A DNA stretch of 64,000 nt from Camelus dromedarius. Its lineage: Eukaryota. The position numbers and the translations under genes were made by a program. Within the stretch, counting starts at the first letter, position 1; every line of letters starts with the position of its first letter. Shown piece by piece: positions 51,580-64,000 of the stretch. Below the pieces are notes generated by a model. It had not been told where the DNA came from. It was given only the letters and a program-made list of their open reading frames with translations, and did no database searches. The stretch is taken from positions 43,650,001 to 43,714,000 of the forward strand of contig NC_087436.1 of the NCBI RefSeq assembly GCF_036321535.1, read 5' to 3'.

Positions 51580-53030
51580 TACTCCCATGTTTTAATATTA
51601 CCACACAAACAGAAAACAGGGCTTAGTCAAACAGCCAAAGAAATGCGCGTCCTCCCCCTCCCCCCGCCCCCTTGCAGTGCTGAGGAAAACTGTGTCTGCA
51701 GACGCCGGGAGAGCACACACACGTTTTCTAGTACTAGTGTCTAATACTGGGCTGCAATTATTGGGTGTAGCTCTGTCCGAAAGTTGAGAACTGGTAAGCA
51801 GCCTCTAGAAGCGGTTTCTTCTCTCCTGAGGGTGGGAAGTGAAAGCTTCCAGCGGTCCCCCTCAAGGTCCTCAGGGTTTGGGGTGTGGGGTGAATTTTCC
51901 CCCTGAGGGCACCACGGGCTCCTTCTAATGGTGTAGCTCCGCAGTGGGTCATGTGACATGGGCGTGTGCCTCTGCGCGGCGGGGGGATGAGTTTGCGGGG
52001 TGTGTTTGAGGGTGTGTGTGTGCGAGCGTGTGTGCAGAAGTTACACGTCTGGTTTTGGAGAACGTGTTTTTCTAAGGGTGTTTGTGTGTGTGTGTTCCTG
52101 CGTCCGTGTGTGAAGCGAGACTGAGAAAAAGGGATTCAGAGAATGGTCGTGAGCCAGGCAATGAGGCCAAGTATGCCTGTGTCAGTCCCGCTCCTCAGTC
52201 AGCCTTTGCCTTGGGACGAGGTCCCAGTCCCCAGGGAGGCGAGGACAATGGGGTGCGGGCGCCCCTCCCCGCACTTTGTGCACCCACCTGACGAATCCGC
52301 GGCGGGTTCGGCGGGGTGGAGGCCCCGCCTTCCGGGGCCGGGGAGGTGGGAGAAGCCATCTTTCTGGTGCTCGGGTTTCTTCCTCCTGTCACGCCCGGGT
52401 CTCCCGCGTCCCCTGCGACTCCTCAGCGCCGGGCCTGCGGCCCGCGGCCCGAGATGGGCCGGGAGTCTCCTCAGCCGCCGCGCCCGCGGCCCCGCCCAGC
52501 GCGAGGGGCGGCTGCCCCCTTGGCTCGCCCGCCGGGAGTCCTGGCCGGAGCCCCTCGCCCCTGCCTGCGCCTACCTACCTCCCGGAGGGGAGCCTCGGGG
52601 CCATGGCTGGCCGGGGTCGGGCGCGACCTTGGCCGCGGGGCCGGGCTGGCGGCTGCTCCTTCCGAGCGCCGCGCGTCGCGCGTGTGTCTGAATGTGCGAG
52701 CGGCGGGGCTTATTCTAGAGGCGCCCGGAGAAATGAGGCTGCTTCCCTCGCTGCTGCCGCTATCGCCGGGAGAGCGATGAGCTCATGGACAGCTCCCAGA
52801 AATATGTCTATATGCACCACTGACTGCCGGAGTTCGGGAGGTGGGTGGGGATAAGGAGGCTCCTCGGCGGGCGCTCCCGCATCACAGGCAGACGCTCGTT
52901 CCCTCTGGAGGCCCGCGGCCGCTGGGGCACGTCCAGCTCCTCCCTGCCCAACGCCACACTCACTCGGCTCTTTCCATTCATACCGTGCACACATTTCCTA
53001 TTCATACGCATTCTCCCCTTTCGCGCTGTG
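51580..53030. promoter_or_regulatory. CpG island / promoter region (core about 52250-52960)
   Basis: High GC and dense CpG against a CpG-depleted background; GC boxes such as GGCCCCGCCT at 52321-52330. Confidence 0.92.
52579..52720 (-). other. Probable first exon of an unidentified minus-strand gene (5' end approximate)
   Basis: Donor GGGAG|gtaggt at 52579/52578 inside the CpG island; strong-Kozak GCCATGG at 52604 (MAPRLPSG..). Confidence 0.55.
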
Positions 53031-53789
53031 ACAGGCACCCACCCACTGCTGGCCTCCACAGACACACATTCTTTGTTCTGCCAACCACTCGCTCTTGATA
53101 AGTAGGAATAAATTGATGGAATGAACACGGTGTGAAATGCCACTGACACTTCGACCCATGTCAGATGTGAGCTGGTGAATCAAGTGACTTAAGCGCCGTG
53201 TCTTCTATGGTTTGGGCGTTTTTGCCTTCCCCAAGATCCAGCTTCTCCCTTCCCACCTTCTTCACTATGAGAAAGCATCTTCCAGCTACTATCAAGGTTA
53301 GTGATGGCCCCATCTTCACTAAGGCAGAGAGCTTGTCTTCTGGGCCAGGACCAGGTTTAGCAGACCTCAAACTGTGCCAAGCCTTGTGGCAGGAGTGGTG
53401 AGTCCCCGCACGGGGTGGGGGTGGGGGGGCGGCAGCCTTGTGTGCATCACTGTGTCTCAGGGATGTCATGTCGTTGGAGTTATTGACTGAGTGCAAAACA
53501 CTTTCCAGGACCAGATCATTATCTCCTTTCTTTGGCTCAGCTGCTTCATTGAAGTGGGAATTATTATGGCTTTTTAAAGATAAGAAGATGACCCTCAAGA
53601 GATTAGTTTGTTCCCTCTCATGAATGCTTTTCCTTTCTTATTGCTCTCCATGCAAACATAGAACCACCTTTAAAAAATGTTTTCCTTTACCACAGACTCC
53701 CTTCTCAGCCTCCTTCCCCGTCCCCCAGCTAGTGTTATAGTGTTTACACTGCTTTTCATCAAGATCTTCTACAAAGTTTTATTATCTCC

Positions 53790-55630
53790 AGTTCTTCTCT
53801 TCATGTTTTCTGTTGAAGCCACTTCATTCAAACTTTCCTTCACCTCCTCCACCAAACTTTCTCCTGACAAGGTTCCCAGTGACCCTTGTGTTACTACATC
53901 TAATGATCAATTCTCAGTCCTCATTTGGCCTGACCTCTAAATATTTTTTTTCCAATCATTCCTTCCTTCTTGAACATGTCTTCCCTCGACTTCTGGACAT
54001 CATTCTGTTTTGATCATTTTCTTATCTCACTGGTTGCTTCTCCTCAGCCTCTTTACTGGTTCTTCCTCATCTCCCAGACCTCTAAACTTTGAAATGTCAA
54101 AGAGTAGTTCTGGTCCTCCTTTTCTTCTCTATCTGTACTCACTCCATTGTTTATCTCATACAGTTCCATGGCTTTAAATAGAATCTATATTCAGATACAT
54201 ATTGTATTTCCAAATGTCTGTCTCCATCCCCAATCTTCTCCATTAAGTTCAAACTCCTATTGCCAACTGCCTTCACCTCTACCTGATATCTAGGAGTTTC
54301 AAAATTACCATGTGCAAAACTGAGCTTCTGGTTACCTTCCCCTGCCAGATTAATCGCTCTGATATGGCTTTTCCCATTTTCCAGATGCTTAGGACAAAAA
54401 CCTCAGAGATATTCTTAATTCCTCACTTGCTCTCACAATCCACATTTGCTCTAACAGCAATTACTGTTGCTGCTACCTAAATTCAGAATCCAACCACTTT
54501 TGTATCTTCACTACAGTCCCTCTAGTCCAGGCCACCATTATCTTTCACCCGCCTGAGAGCAAAAATCTCTAGCCAGCCTGCATTCTTCCACCCCCGTTCC
54601 TCACAGGTGGCCTGCAACAGAGCACTTAGCAGTGCTCAAAGCCCTCTCATATCTCCGCATCTCACTCAGGGCAAGAACAGAAGTAAGAACAGTGTCTTTC
54701 CATCTTTTGCTCTAAGATAAGATCTATGTAATCCATCCTCCACTTCTGTCCACCACCCCTCTAACCTTATGTCCAGCCATCTTCTCACTGTCTCCCCATG
54801 GCCACACTGGTCTTGTTTCTAAATCTTGAGCATTCTAGGCCTATTCTGGTCTCAGGTCCTTTGCACCTGGACCACTCTTCCCCCAGATATCTGCAGGGAT
54901 CATTCCCTTACTTCCTTCAGGCCCCTGTGCCAATATCCCCTTATCAGTGAGGTCTCCCTTATTACCCTATGCTATGGGGTAAATTGTGTCTCCCAAAGTG
55001 CATATGTTGAAATCCTAATCCCCAGTACCTCAGAATGTGACCTTATTTGGAAGGGTTGTTGAAGATGTAATCAGTAAAGATGAGGTCATACTGGAGTAGG
55101 GTGTATTTGAACATAGACACACACATAGGGACAATGCCATGTGAACATTAAGGCAGAAATTGGAATGATGCCTCTATAATCAAGGAATGACCAAGTTTGC
55201 CAGTATACTACCAGAATCTAGGAAAGTGGCACAGAACAGATGCCCCCCCCCCCGCCCTCAGAAGGAACCAACCCTGTCGAAATTGATCTCAGACTTCTAG
55301 CCTCCACAGCTGTGAGACAATCGGTTTCTATTATTTAAGCCACCCAGTTTCTGGTGCTTTGTTATAGGACCCCCTAGAAAACAAATATATTCCACAAGGT
55401 AATAACACTCCACCCTTCTCATTCCTCTTACCTTGCAGTAGTACATCCCTCCTATACACTTACTGCTATCTGACAGAGTTTGTACATTTACTTGTTTGTT
55501 GACATTTGTCGCTGGAAGGTAAGTTCCATGAGGACAGGGAACTGGTTTTGTTCCCTGTTTTAAACCCCTAGACCCTCCAGTACCTTGAACAGTGCCTGAC
55601 ACATTGATGTTCAATAAATATCTGGTGGAT
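53790..55630 (+). mobile_element. Long L2 LINE 3' region, split by an MLT1 LTR
   Basis: CAATTCTCAGTCCTCATT, CCATGGCTTTAAATA, TCAGAATCCAACCACTT, ends ACAGTGCCTGACACA..TTCAATAAATATCTG. Confidence 0.85.
54970..55388 (+). mobile_element. MaLR LTR (MLT1C-like)
   Basis: TGCTATGGGGTAAATTGTGTCTCCCAAA..CCTCAGAATGTGACCTTATTTGG..GACTTCTAGCCTCCA..TTTAAGCCACCCAGTTT. Confidence 0.88.
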
Positions 55631-55879
55631 AAATTAAATATTTTTGTCAAGTTTATTTAAAAGTCTGCAGAGCCATGATTTGAACTCATTCAAATCTTAA
55701 AGCCCAAAGTCTATACTATAATGCAAACACTGTACCATTATTTCTCAAATGTGTGGATAAGAATTACACTCATGGTCAAACATGAACAACTCTTTATGAA
55801 ACTACATCATAAAAACTGTTCTTTTTTTCCCTTTGTAAGCATTGTAAGTCATCCAACGTGACAATTTTTATGGTGGCAG

Positions 55880-56090
55880 GATAGTATGCTGGTTAAGATG
55901 GTGAATTTAAGTCAGTTACTTCTTTGAAATCCGAGTTAATTAACATTTCTATACCTTAGTTTCCTTATCTGTGAAATGGAAATAATAATAGTACTTACTT
56001 TATAGAGTTATTATGACTATTAAATGAGGTAATCTACATAAACATTACTAACACATAACATAAACTCTCAATTATGTGGTTACTACTATT
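55880..56090 (+). mobile_element. MIR SINE
   Basis: CCTTAGTTTCCTTATCTGTGAAATGGAAATAATAATAGTAC. Confidence 0.75.
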
Positions 56091-56131
56091 TTTTTATGTA
56101 ATGATAGCTACCTAAAAAATAGGAGGCTGAG

Positions 56132-56363
56132 TTGGGGGGGGGGATAAATTTAGGAGTATGGGATTAACAGATACATATTACTATATATAGGATAGATAAG
56201 CAACAGGGATTTACTGTGTAGCACAGGAACTGTACTCAATATCTTATAATACCCTATAGTGGAAAATAACCTGAAAAAATATATATAAAAAAAAATGGAA
56301 TCACTTTGCTGTACACCTGAAACTAACACAATATTGTAAATCAACTATAATTTTAAAAAAGAG
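56132..56363 (+). mobile_element. Cetartiodactyl L1 3' end, 5'-truncated
   Basis: GGGATAAATTTAGGAGTATGGGATTAACAGATAC..TGTACACCTGAAACTAACACAATATTGTAAATCAACTATA; TSD AAAAATAGGA(G/T)GCTGAG at 56115-56131 and 56364-56380. Confidence 0.9.
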
Positions 56364-58020
56364 AAAAATAGGATGCTGAGAATAGAGGTAGTTAAAAAAG
56401 AAACAATTTTAGAGAATCAGAGGAAATTTAGTGACACAAGTAAGTGACAGGAATTCGGCTCTGACTTCCTGCTCTTCTGTATTATGATTGGCCCTGAATC
56501 AGGGTCTTTAATCTCTACTGGCCTGGGGTACTTAATTCAAATTGACCAAAAAAAAAAAGGAACATGTCAAAAATAATGTTAAGGTTTTAAGTAGGCAGAT
56601 AGGTAAGTACTAGGTACATAAAAAGAGGTAGATATTGACATTGATAGATATGGATAGATTTATAATATAATCTTGTATGTGGGAAAATATTTCCATCTTT
56701 ACTATCATAAATCCTGGTAGTACTTGTCACTTGCTGCAACAGTGAAGAGTGTTCCAGGAAAGAGTTCACTCCAGTGGGTTAAGTAAAGGCATTGTTCAGT
56801 CCCTATAATATGAGATAGTTAAATTACAACACATCTCTTTTTCTTTATCCACCCCATCTGTCCATCCATATATACAAATATTCAAAGTCTCCTCTATCCT
56901 CTTCATTCCTAACTTGGATGAAGATTCTCACCATCAGCTGAGTGTCTCAAACTAGAAACTACTGTCATTCTAGACGTCTCTACATCTCTCACACTCTAGA
57001 ATCTCTCACCAAACCCCATGAATTCTAAATGGTAATTTGACTTGTTTCTTTTTCCCCATATTCATGGCTTTAGTCCAGGCTTTCAGCTGCCCTTAGTCAA
57101 TTGTAGTTTCTTAATAATGACCCTGTAGAGCTTTTTCTATCCTGGAACATCTTGCATAATTCAGCCAGAGTTATCTTCCTTAAAAAAAAAAAAGAATGCT
57201 CTCATTTCAAAAGCCCTGATGGCTTTCGATTGCCCTCAGGATAAAAATCCCTTAAACGTCCCTTTGCTTTGAAGTAAAAGCCCTTCTTGATATTAAGATA
57301 CTTTTTGTGTTGAGGAAGATGTTTTTAAGAATGATAGCTATAAAATAATAAAAAAGAAAAAGACTGATAGATTTTTTTCTCACAAAATTATGAAACTTCT
57401 TTCTGTCAAATCTCTTATAATTTGGGTATGAAAATGTATAATACACATAAATGTGTGTATATTTTTGTGTGAATGAAGAGAAAAAAATTAAAAGTTAAAT
57501 GATCCCATGAAAAAATATTTACATAATTTTTATAGACAGAGTTAATACCCATAATATGAGGAAAAGACAAGTACCTTATCAAAAGAGAGCAGGGGTTTCA
57601 GGAAAACTCAGAAAAGAACAGTAATTTCCAATGTTCAGATTAAAAAAAAAATTAGACTCATTAGATATCAAAGAAATACAAATTCAAATGAAAAAATACT
57701 ACTTTCACTTATAAATGGTCAGAGAAGAGATTTCAAGAAATGAAAATTCTCCAGAGCTTCAGAAAGTGTACCTAGGCATTGTTGACAGAGGTATAAATTG
57801 GTATATACTCTTTCAAAGGTATTTTATCACTCTGTACAAAAAAAAACTTAAAAATGCACATAACTTTTAACTTTGAAAATAAGGAGCAAGAGCAAAGTTT
57901 TTTTTTTTTACTGCAGCACTCGTTATAATAGTAAAAACATAAACAAATAAACCACAACAGCCTGGAAATCACCTAACTATTCTTAAGTTAAAATTGAGTG
58001 CATACATTATAGAACTTCCT

Positions 58021-58335
58021 GGGGGGAGGGTATAAATCAAGTGGTAGAGTACATGCTTAGCATGCATAGGAGGTCCTGGGTTCAATCTCCAGTACCTCCA
58101 TTAAAAAAGTAATTAAATAGGGGAGAGGGTGTAGCTCAGAAGCTGTGTATACCTCCTTAGCATGTACAAGGTCCTGGATTCAGTGCCCAGTACCTCCATT
58201 AATAAACAAACAAACAAACAAACAAAACTAATTACTTCCCCCCGCCAAAGGAAAAAAAAATTAAATAAATAAACTTCATTACCTCCCCACACCAAAAAAC
58301 AAAAACAAAATGAAACAAAAAAAAACCTAAAAAAA
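58021..58335 (+). mobile_element. Two nested camelid SINEs (inner copy 58120-58258 within the outer copy's A-rich linker)
   Basis: Order is head1-head2-tail2-tail1; inner TSD AATTAAATA at 58111-58119 and 58259-58267. Confidence 0.88.
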
Positions 58336-59130
58336 CACTTCCACATATTGGGATCTATAATGGAATGCTATTCAACCATTTACATAATACTTTAGGCAAA
58401 TGTTTTGGGTATAGTTGTCATAATAAAATTGTTTCAAGTTACTAGTTGGTTGGGTTTTTTGTTTTTGTTTTTTTTTCTTCTAGTGCCTGCCCTTGCCAAT
58501 CTTTCCACAACTGGTCTTTTGAATCTGAATTCCTGCTCTTCCTCATTCATGCTCTGTTCCTGCCACTCCCTGCTCCTTGAAAGCCGGCCTTGCCTATGAC
58601 TGTGGCCTCACACATGCTGGGATCCATCCACCCAGAATGCCCTCACCTCTCTTTTTCACCTGACTAACATCTGTGTGCCTTGCAAGACCTAGATCAAGAA
58701 AAAGCCTTCCTGACTCCCTTAAACAGACTGGGGTTTTGTTCTGTGTCCCAAAAGCAATTTTTCCTAGTTCTATTTTAATATTTGTACCTGTAATTTGTCT
58801 GTCTACACAATTATCTCCCCAACCAGATTATGAGCTCCCAAGGGTTAAGACTCTGGTTGTTTTTTTTTTTTTCCCTGAATTCCCAGTGCCTAGCATAGTT
58901 CTTCACATTTAATAAGTACTCAGTAAAGCTTGTGATTTAAAGCACAACTTGAAACAATATTGAATCATAATCCATAACTAGAGATAGCTGATTGCATTGA
59001 TGTTCAACCAAACTTTGTGTGTGTGAAAGTGTGTGTATGCATGTGTATGTAGGTTAGTGTATTTTTGTATAAATAATATGGAGAGACCATTGTATCAAAT
59101 ACGAAGCAAGCAAACATAACCACGTAATTC

Positions 59131-59269
59131 TTTTTTTTTGTTTCATTTTGTTGTTTTTTGTTTTAGGGGAGTTAATTAGGTATTTATTTATTTTGAGAGG
59201 TACTGGGGATTGAACCCAGGACCTTATGCATGCTAGGTGCACACTTTACCATTCAGCTATACCCTCCCC
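59131..59269 (-). mobile_element. Camelid tRNA-derived SINE
   Basis: Consensus body; TSD CATAACCAC(G/A)TAATTCTT at 59115-59132 and 59273-59290. Confidence 0.92.
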
Positions 59270-59388
59270 TGCCATAACCACATAATTCTTAACTTACAAT
59301 TCTCAGAAAACAGTCCAAAACTTTGCAATGATGGATGCTTTGTTTCCTCTAAGAGATTATAACTTCTTAAACAGTAATATAAATTTAC

Positions 59389-59552
59389 TTTTTAATTTAA
59401 TGTATTTATTATTGTATTATTTAATTATTTTATTTGGGGGGGTGTAATTAGGTGTTTTTATTGTTAGAGTAGGTACTGGGAATTGAACCCAGGATCTCCC
59501 ATGCTAAGCATACTAAGCAGGCACTCTACCACTTGAGCTATACCCTCTTCCC
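59389..59552 (-). mobile_element. Camelid tRNA-derived SINE with a short internal duplication
   Basis: Body contains ATGCTAAGCATACTAAGCA; TSD AAATTTA. Confidence 0.88.
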
Positions 59553-60043
59553 AAAATTTATAAATAAGTTTATGATCTTATATTTTATTAGATTCACAAA
59601 ACTCCTCAAATAGTATTATATACATCTTATTATATATGTTAATTACATATTTTAAATATGCATTAATTAGCATTTCAATCAAGCTTTAAAAAATACAGGC
59701 CCCTCCCAAACCCTCCAATGTCTCCAATTAACTCCTGATTTCTATTTCATAACAGAGACTCATTACCATCATTGCCAGAACACAGAAATATTTGTGCAGC
59801 TCCAAAAGAAAAGGTATGTATTTTGGTGTGACAAACCTGGCTTTGAGTTTGGATTCTGTCTTCTATAATCTGTGACAGTAGGCAAGTAACTTCTCTAAAC
59901 CTCAAAGGTTGTTTTGTGTGTGTGCCTGTGTGTCTGTTTGGAGTAGGGGGTCTAAGTGGGTTATAAAACACTTATTGAATCTGGGAACTAAGTAAGTGAG
60001 AAACAATATTAGGTTTTATTTTTTCTTTAATCTGAAATTCCCA

Positions 60044-60174
60044 TTTATTTTTTTGTTTGTTTGGTTTGGGGGGGCGGTAATTAGGTTATTTATTTAAATG
60101 GAGGTACTGGGGCTTGAACCCAGGACCTTGTGTATACTAAGCACGCACTCTACCATGGAGCTACAGCCACCCCC
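60044..60174 (-). mobile_element. Camelid tRNA-derived SINE
   Basis: GGGGCGGTAATTAGGTT..GGAGGTACTGGGGCTTGAACCCAGGACC..GAGCTACA. Confidence 0.88.
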
Positions 60175-60720
60175 ATGAAGCTGTCATTTAGAATTACGCT
60201 CTTATTTGCAGGCTTTTATACTTATCACACATTTGACCTACCCAACTACTATGTGGAGTAGCAGGACAGTATTTCATTATGTTATAGATAAGAAAAATGA
60301 GACCCAGAGAAGATTAGTTCGATGACCCAAGTCACGTGGTCAGTGAGCACTGCTTTCAGAGCCCCTGTTAATCACTTTCTGCTGACTTGTACTATTACGG
60401 TGCTTTATTAAAACACAGGTGTTTTCTGATTTTTTTTTTTTTTTTGGTTACTACCATAGATTAGTTCTGCCTGTTGTTGAACATCATATAAATATAACTC
60501 TGTGGTAAGCATGCCTTTAAAAGCATTTTTAAAGTTTTACCGAGGCATAATTGACACACAGTAAATGGTGTACATCTGGATTATACAATTTGATGGCTTT
60601 TAGACATATGAATACACCCATGAACCATCACCACAATCATGATAATGAACATACCCACCACCCACAAAGTTCCTTTATCTACCCTCTCTCCTACGTGTCT
60701 CACAACTCCAACTAAAAAGC

Positions 60721-60780
60721 TTTTCTTTTCTTTTTCTTTTTTTCTTTTCTTTTCTTTTCTTTTTTTTCTTTTCTTTTCTT
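60721..60780. repeat. (TTTTC)n simple repeat
   Basis: Visible directly in the sequence. Confidence 0.9.
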
Positions 60781-62624
60781 ACTCTGAGGCTTGATTTCCC
60801 TCCATATGCTTTTCCTTGTTTGTTCAAATGAACTGAAGACCCTGAACACCATGAAATAAAAGCTTCAGTGTGTAATCTGGCTAGATCATGTAAGACACCA
60901 GATCAACTTCCTAGGAAGTGATGGGTCTGTCAGTAATGTGCCATTGCTCTAGGCCTTCTGATGTTTATCAAGGGCTGCATTCCAGAGGATCAGATATATG
61001 TGACAGCACACTGCAAACGATAAGGGGCATACAAATGTTGAGTATTACTCCCAGTACACCACCTGGCCAGTGTTTGTAATTAGCTTATAGGCATTTTCTC
61101 TCCTCCACCTCCGTATAGAACTGGAAAAGAAGTTAAGGACCCATCCTATTCCTAAGAGAAGATAGTTTTAATACAATATAATTGGTATTTTGGGTAGGAT
61201 TTGTAGTCTAAAGCCCTAGACCTTGCTTTCCACACTATACCCTAACAAAAGCTTAAAAAGTCTCTCTCCAGCTTCCAGACAAAATTGAGAAGGGTCGTAA
61301 GTCTCTAAAGAGAATTGGACCTATTCCCAAATAAACATATTAAACCAATATACATAAGGTCCAAAACAATCTTAAAACTAATCAACTAAAAGGACAGGAG
61401 TTTCAGTGGCACAAAACACATCAATAGACTGAAATTCAGATATTCTAGCTTACAGAGCTCTTGCTCCAAGTTCTATTTCATATTAAATTTAGACTGAATG
61501 TTTGGAAGCTGGCATTGAAGACTACACATCAGGACTGCTCTGCTTCTCTCCAATTTTCTTTCCTATCTTTTCTCTATATAAACCTTTTTAAAGCTGAACT
61601 GGTCTACTCATTCTTAAATAAATCGCCACATTTATTTCAGCCTTCTAGCAAAAGTATTACTGGATTTCCCTAGTCTTCTGTAACTACCTCATCCTCTGAT
61701 CATTTATTAGCAGTTACTCTCTGTAGCAACCTTGTAATTCTTACATACATAATACTTACATACAACACTTATTGAACAGTTGTCTAAATTTTATGTATAT
61801 ACTCTATTACCCAGAGCTATGTCATTAACATCTTGAAGTCAGAGGCTATGTCATAGGTTTGCTTTTATTCTCAGAACTGAGCACATATTCTACAAATAGT
61901 AGGCATGAAATAAATGATGATTGTTGATGATTTGAAGAAGTTACCAGAAATAGAAAAAAACACTAGAAATGGACTTTTTTTACATGGACTTTTTTTTTCT
62001 TAAATTCTTTAAGAAAGGATTATTTTTCTCATTGTCAAGTCATGTTTGGCTTCTTCAAAATGATAGGGAGTGTAGAGAGGCAAGTTTTGAAGAACACATT
62101 GGTTTTCAGTTGACAACATATTGATACCGTATTTCTTAAAGTTATTCCAGGTGTTTTTGACTCTCATATTGACAAGTATAGCTCAGTATTTCACAAACTC
62201 TTATTAAGACTTTAAAGAATTATTGAGCTATAATCTTTTTGGTAAAATACTAATCATAAAGGTAATACCTGCTCATGTAAACATACAAACACTGCAGAAT
62301 TACATAAAGTGACAAACAAGAGTCCTCTGTTCCCCATTATTCTAGTCCTAGCAGTAAAGTACCATAAACTGTTTCTTACTTGTCCTTCCACAGCTCTTAG
62401 CACACATCTCTGCAAAGATATAATATGGGGATTGTGTTATGCATCCTACTTTTTTTTCACTTTGCAATATAGCATGTTTCCATATAAGTACATATTCATC
62501 TTTTTTTTAAATTTTCCTATAATACTTGATGCCTACAAACAACTTATATAACAAATATATAATAATATATATAAGAGATGAGCCTATATTGGTATAATCA
62601 AACTATGGATTTCTTGACATTACT

Positions 62625-63165
62625 TTTTATTAAATTGTAGTTTTTACTGAGGTAATTGTAGATTCACTTGCAGTTGTTAAGAAATAATACAGCAAGACCC
62701 CTTGTACACGTTGCCCAGGTGCCCCCCATGGTAACATTTTACTAAGTTATAGTTTAATTATATCACAACCAGGAGATTGACTTTGGTACAATTTACCAAT
62801 TCTATTCAGATTTCCCCAGTGTTATTTACACTCGTATGTGTGTGTGTGTGTGTGTAGGCAGGGGTAGGTGTGTGTTAAATTCTATACAATTTTATCACCT
62901 ATGTTGATTCAGAAGCCACCATCACAGAGAAGACATCAGACAGTTCCAGCACCACAAAGATCCTTGATGCTGCCCTTTTATAGACACCCACTTCTCAACC
63001 CCTGGTAATCAATAATCTGTCCTGTATATCTAAATACGTTGTCAGTTCAAAAATGTTATATAAATGGAATCACAAAGTATGTCACCTTTTGAGATTTAAT
63101 TTTCTGTTAAATTCCCCATTAAGTTGTTGCGTGCATCAATGGTTCATTACTTTTTATTGCAGAGA
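62625..63165 (-). mobile_element. L1MC 3' end, containing (TG)n at about 62837-62856
   Basis: TAATTGTAGATTCACTTGCAGTTG..AAGAAATAATACAG..CCCCCATGGTAACATTTT..AATGTTATATAAATGGAATCA. Confidence 0.85.
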
Positions 63166-63551
63166 GGTTAGAATCTTAATACCATAAGCAGTGAGGTTTT
63201 ATCAGATACCGCAGCATTTTCTATCACAACACATTTTAAGAAATCAAATATAAGTGACTCTAAAAGTTAAGGACGGTGTTATGAAATTAATATAGGCCAG
63301 TCTGCTTCGAGGGGTGCACTGGTAACTTTATGAATATGGTTCCGGGTGAGGCCCAGGACAGTCTTTCTAATAGGAAATGTGTAAATGTTCAAAAATACCA
63401 TTGCATTCATATGCGTTTTATCATTTGGCCGACATAATTTAATTTAAATTAATTTAACTTTAATTTAATTTGTAGAGGCAAAAACAGTAACCTTAGGTTG
63501 AAGGAAACCCAGAAGACTTCTGACCTTCTTCTCCACTGGGATATTTTCCAG

Positions 63552-63621
63552 TTCATCCAGGGCAGAATGCCTGGTACATGAAGAGCCAAGTGAAAACCAG
63601 CTATCTGAGTAGGTCAAACGG
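63552..63621 (+). other. Candidate 70-nt plus-strand exon (possible divergent lncRNA)
   Basis: Acceptor gatattttccag|TTC and donor CGG|gtaagt. Confidence 0.25.
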
Positions 63622-64000
63622 GTAAGTAAGTACCCTTCTATGGACTCATGCTAGTGTTTGAAACAACTTTCTGGTGAAGAACAGGGAGTATCTTAGTGTA
63701 TTAAGATAATATCGCCCATCAGAGCAGTTAGGAAACTGGGAAGGAAAAGGAAGATGGAGGAAAACTACAAATTTAGGACACATTTAATCTCACATGTGCT
63801 CAAACAGCTATATAAAGTGTTTCAGAAACAGTGAAATAGCACTCTGTCAAAAGGCACTGTTCTAAAAGAGGAAACTAGGATAGAAAACAATTGTACAAAT
63901 ACATGAGAATTCTTCTGTATGATAGGATTTCTTTCCTTAGAGATGTTAGTTCTCGGTGAGGTCATGGAGGGACTACAAGTACAGGAAATCAAGTTAGACA

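Noticed and set aside
52082..53105. Overlapping 65-192 aa ORFs in the CpG island
   Set aside because: Expected from stop-codon depletion in GC-rich DNA; Pro/Arg/Gly/Ala-rich low complexity with no recognisable protein
53161..53598. 145-aa minus-strand ORF upstream of the island
   Set aside because: No recognisable homology, non-ATG start, and its poly-Pro comes from the G tract

Overview
Mammalian genomic DNA, very probably camelid (alpaca/llama/camel): about a dozen copies of a tRNA-derived SINE matching my recollection of the camelid Vic-1 family, plus cetartiodactyl-type L1 3' ends on a background of MIR, L2, MaLR, ERV1 LTRs and MER DNA transposons. The window seems to hold the 5' end of a minus-strand gene I cannot name: a CpG-island promoter and first exon at about 52.6 kb, with candidate small exons at about 47.5, 39.1, 23.2 and 21.1 kb. 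I found no intact recognisable CDS. A full-length RPL17 processed pseudogene is clear at 48.6-49.3 kb (+). The most unusual signal is at the left edge (1-1050, minus strand): a decayed, intronless tandem array of 2 convincing and 1-2 weaker atypical KH domains of the KHDC1/DPPA5/OOEP/KHDC3L oocyte-embryo family, running off the window. Repeat family names are from memory of consensus sequences, and repeat boundaries are approximate.
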